Positions 63,605 through 64,000 of a stretch of 64,000 nucleotides of DNA are shown here, piece by piece. The notes beneath the pieces are model-generated. The model was not told where the DNA came from. It searched no databases and saw nothing but the letters and a program-made list of their open reading frames with translations. The position numbers were made by a program, and so were the translations under genes. This DNA comes from Paraspadella gotoi. Taxonomy: Eukaryota > Animalia > Chaetognatha. Where the stretch lies: the NCBI GenBank assembly GCA_051294375.1, contig CM119263.1, positions 17,632,628-17,696,627 on the forward strand, in the 5' to 3' direction. Each line of letters starts with the position of its first letter. Position 1 is the stretch's first letter.

Positions 63605-64000
63605 TGTAGATTCCAGGGTGCACTGTCAACGCGCAGCCGCCCGTGATCAATCATGCCCTGGTTGGAACGAGACATTCTGCCACGCCTTGACTTTTAGTGA
63701 CCCTCCTTTGGTCACCCCACACTCATCACTACCCGTTAGGGGGTACGCAGGATTCGCCCCCTAACAAAAGGACAGTGATCAGTGGTGAGGACAGATTTTA
63801 GATAAGGCCAATTTGAATAAGTTGTGAAAAGAAATGAAAATTTGGTGAAAGAGTAAGTGAGGGAGAGAGAGAGAGAGAGGGAGAGGAAAATATAAACAAT
63901 TACATTTGAGCAATGTACATTGTACAACAAAGATAAAGGTAATAAAAACTTGAAATAAATTGAAATAAATTAATTTGAAATTTGAGAGATTGAAGATGAA

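Overview
This is eukaryotic DNA, probably from an invertebrate animal: AT-rich, repeat-laden introns and intergenic DNA around GT-AG spliced genes. Four protein-coding genes can be built by hand. They are the 3' part of a Cys-rich plus von Willebrand A domain gene (+, about 231-6.6 kb), Mediator subunit MED13 (-, 21944 to 10017), a Domino/SRCAP/p400 SWR1-family remodeller (+, 26517-41330) and an arginase with a mitochondrial-type leader (+, 47747-62239). Most entries in the ORF track are single exons, antisense shadows or repeat noise. The non-coding DNA is a nested mosaic of TA-flanked MITEs, Helentron-associated elements, solo LTRs, a very young TRIM-like mini LTR element and tRNA-derived fragments. 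The most striking signal is a dispersed family of short fold-back elements built around minimal hammerhead ribozymes of the Penelope-like type. The best copy is an 87-bp-arm hairpin with a 12-bp flanking direct repeat at 7460-7698. All calls come from manual reading; no database search or folding program was run.
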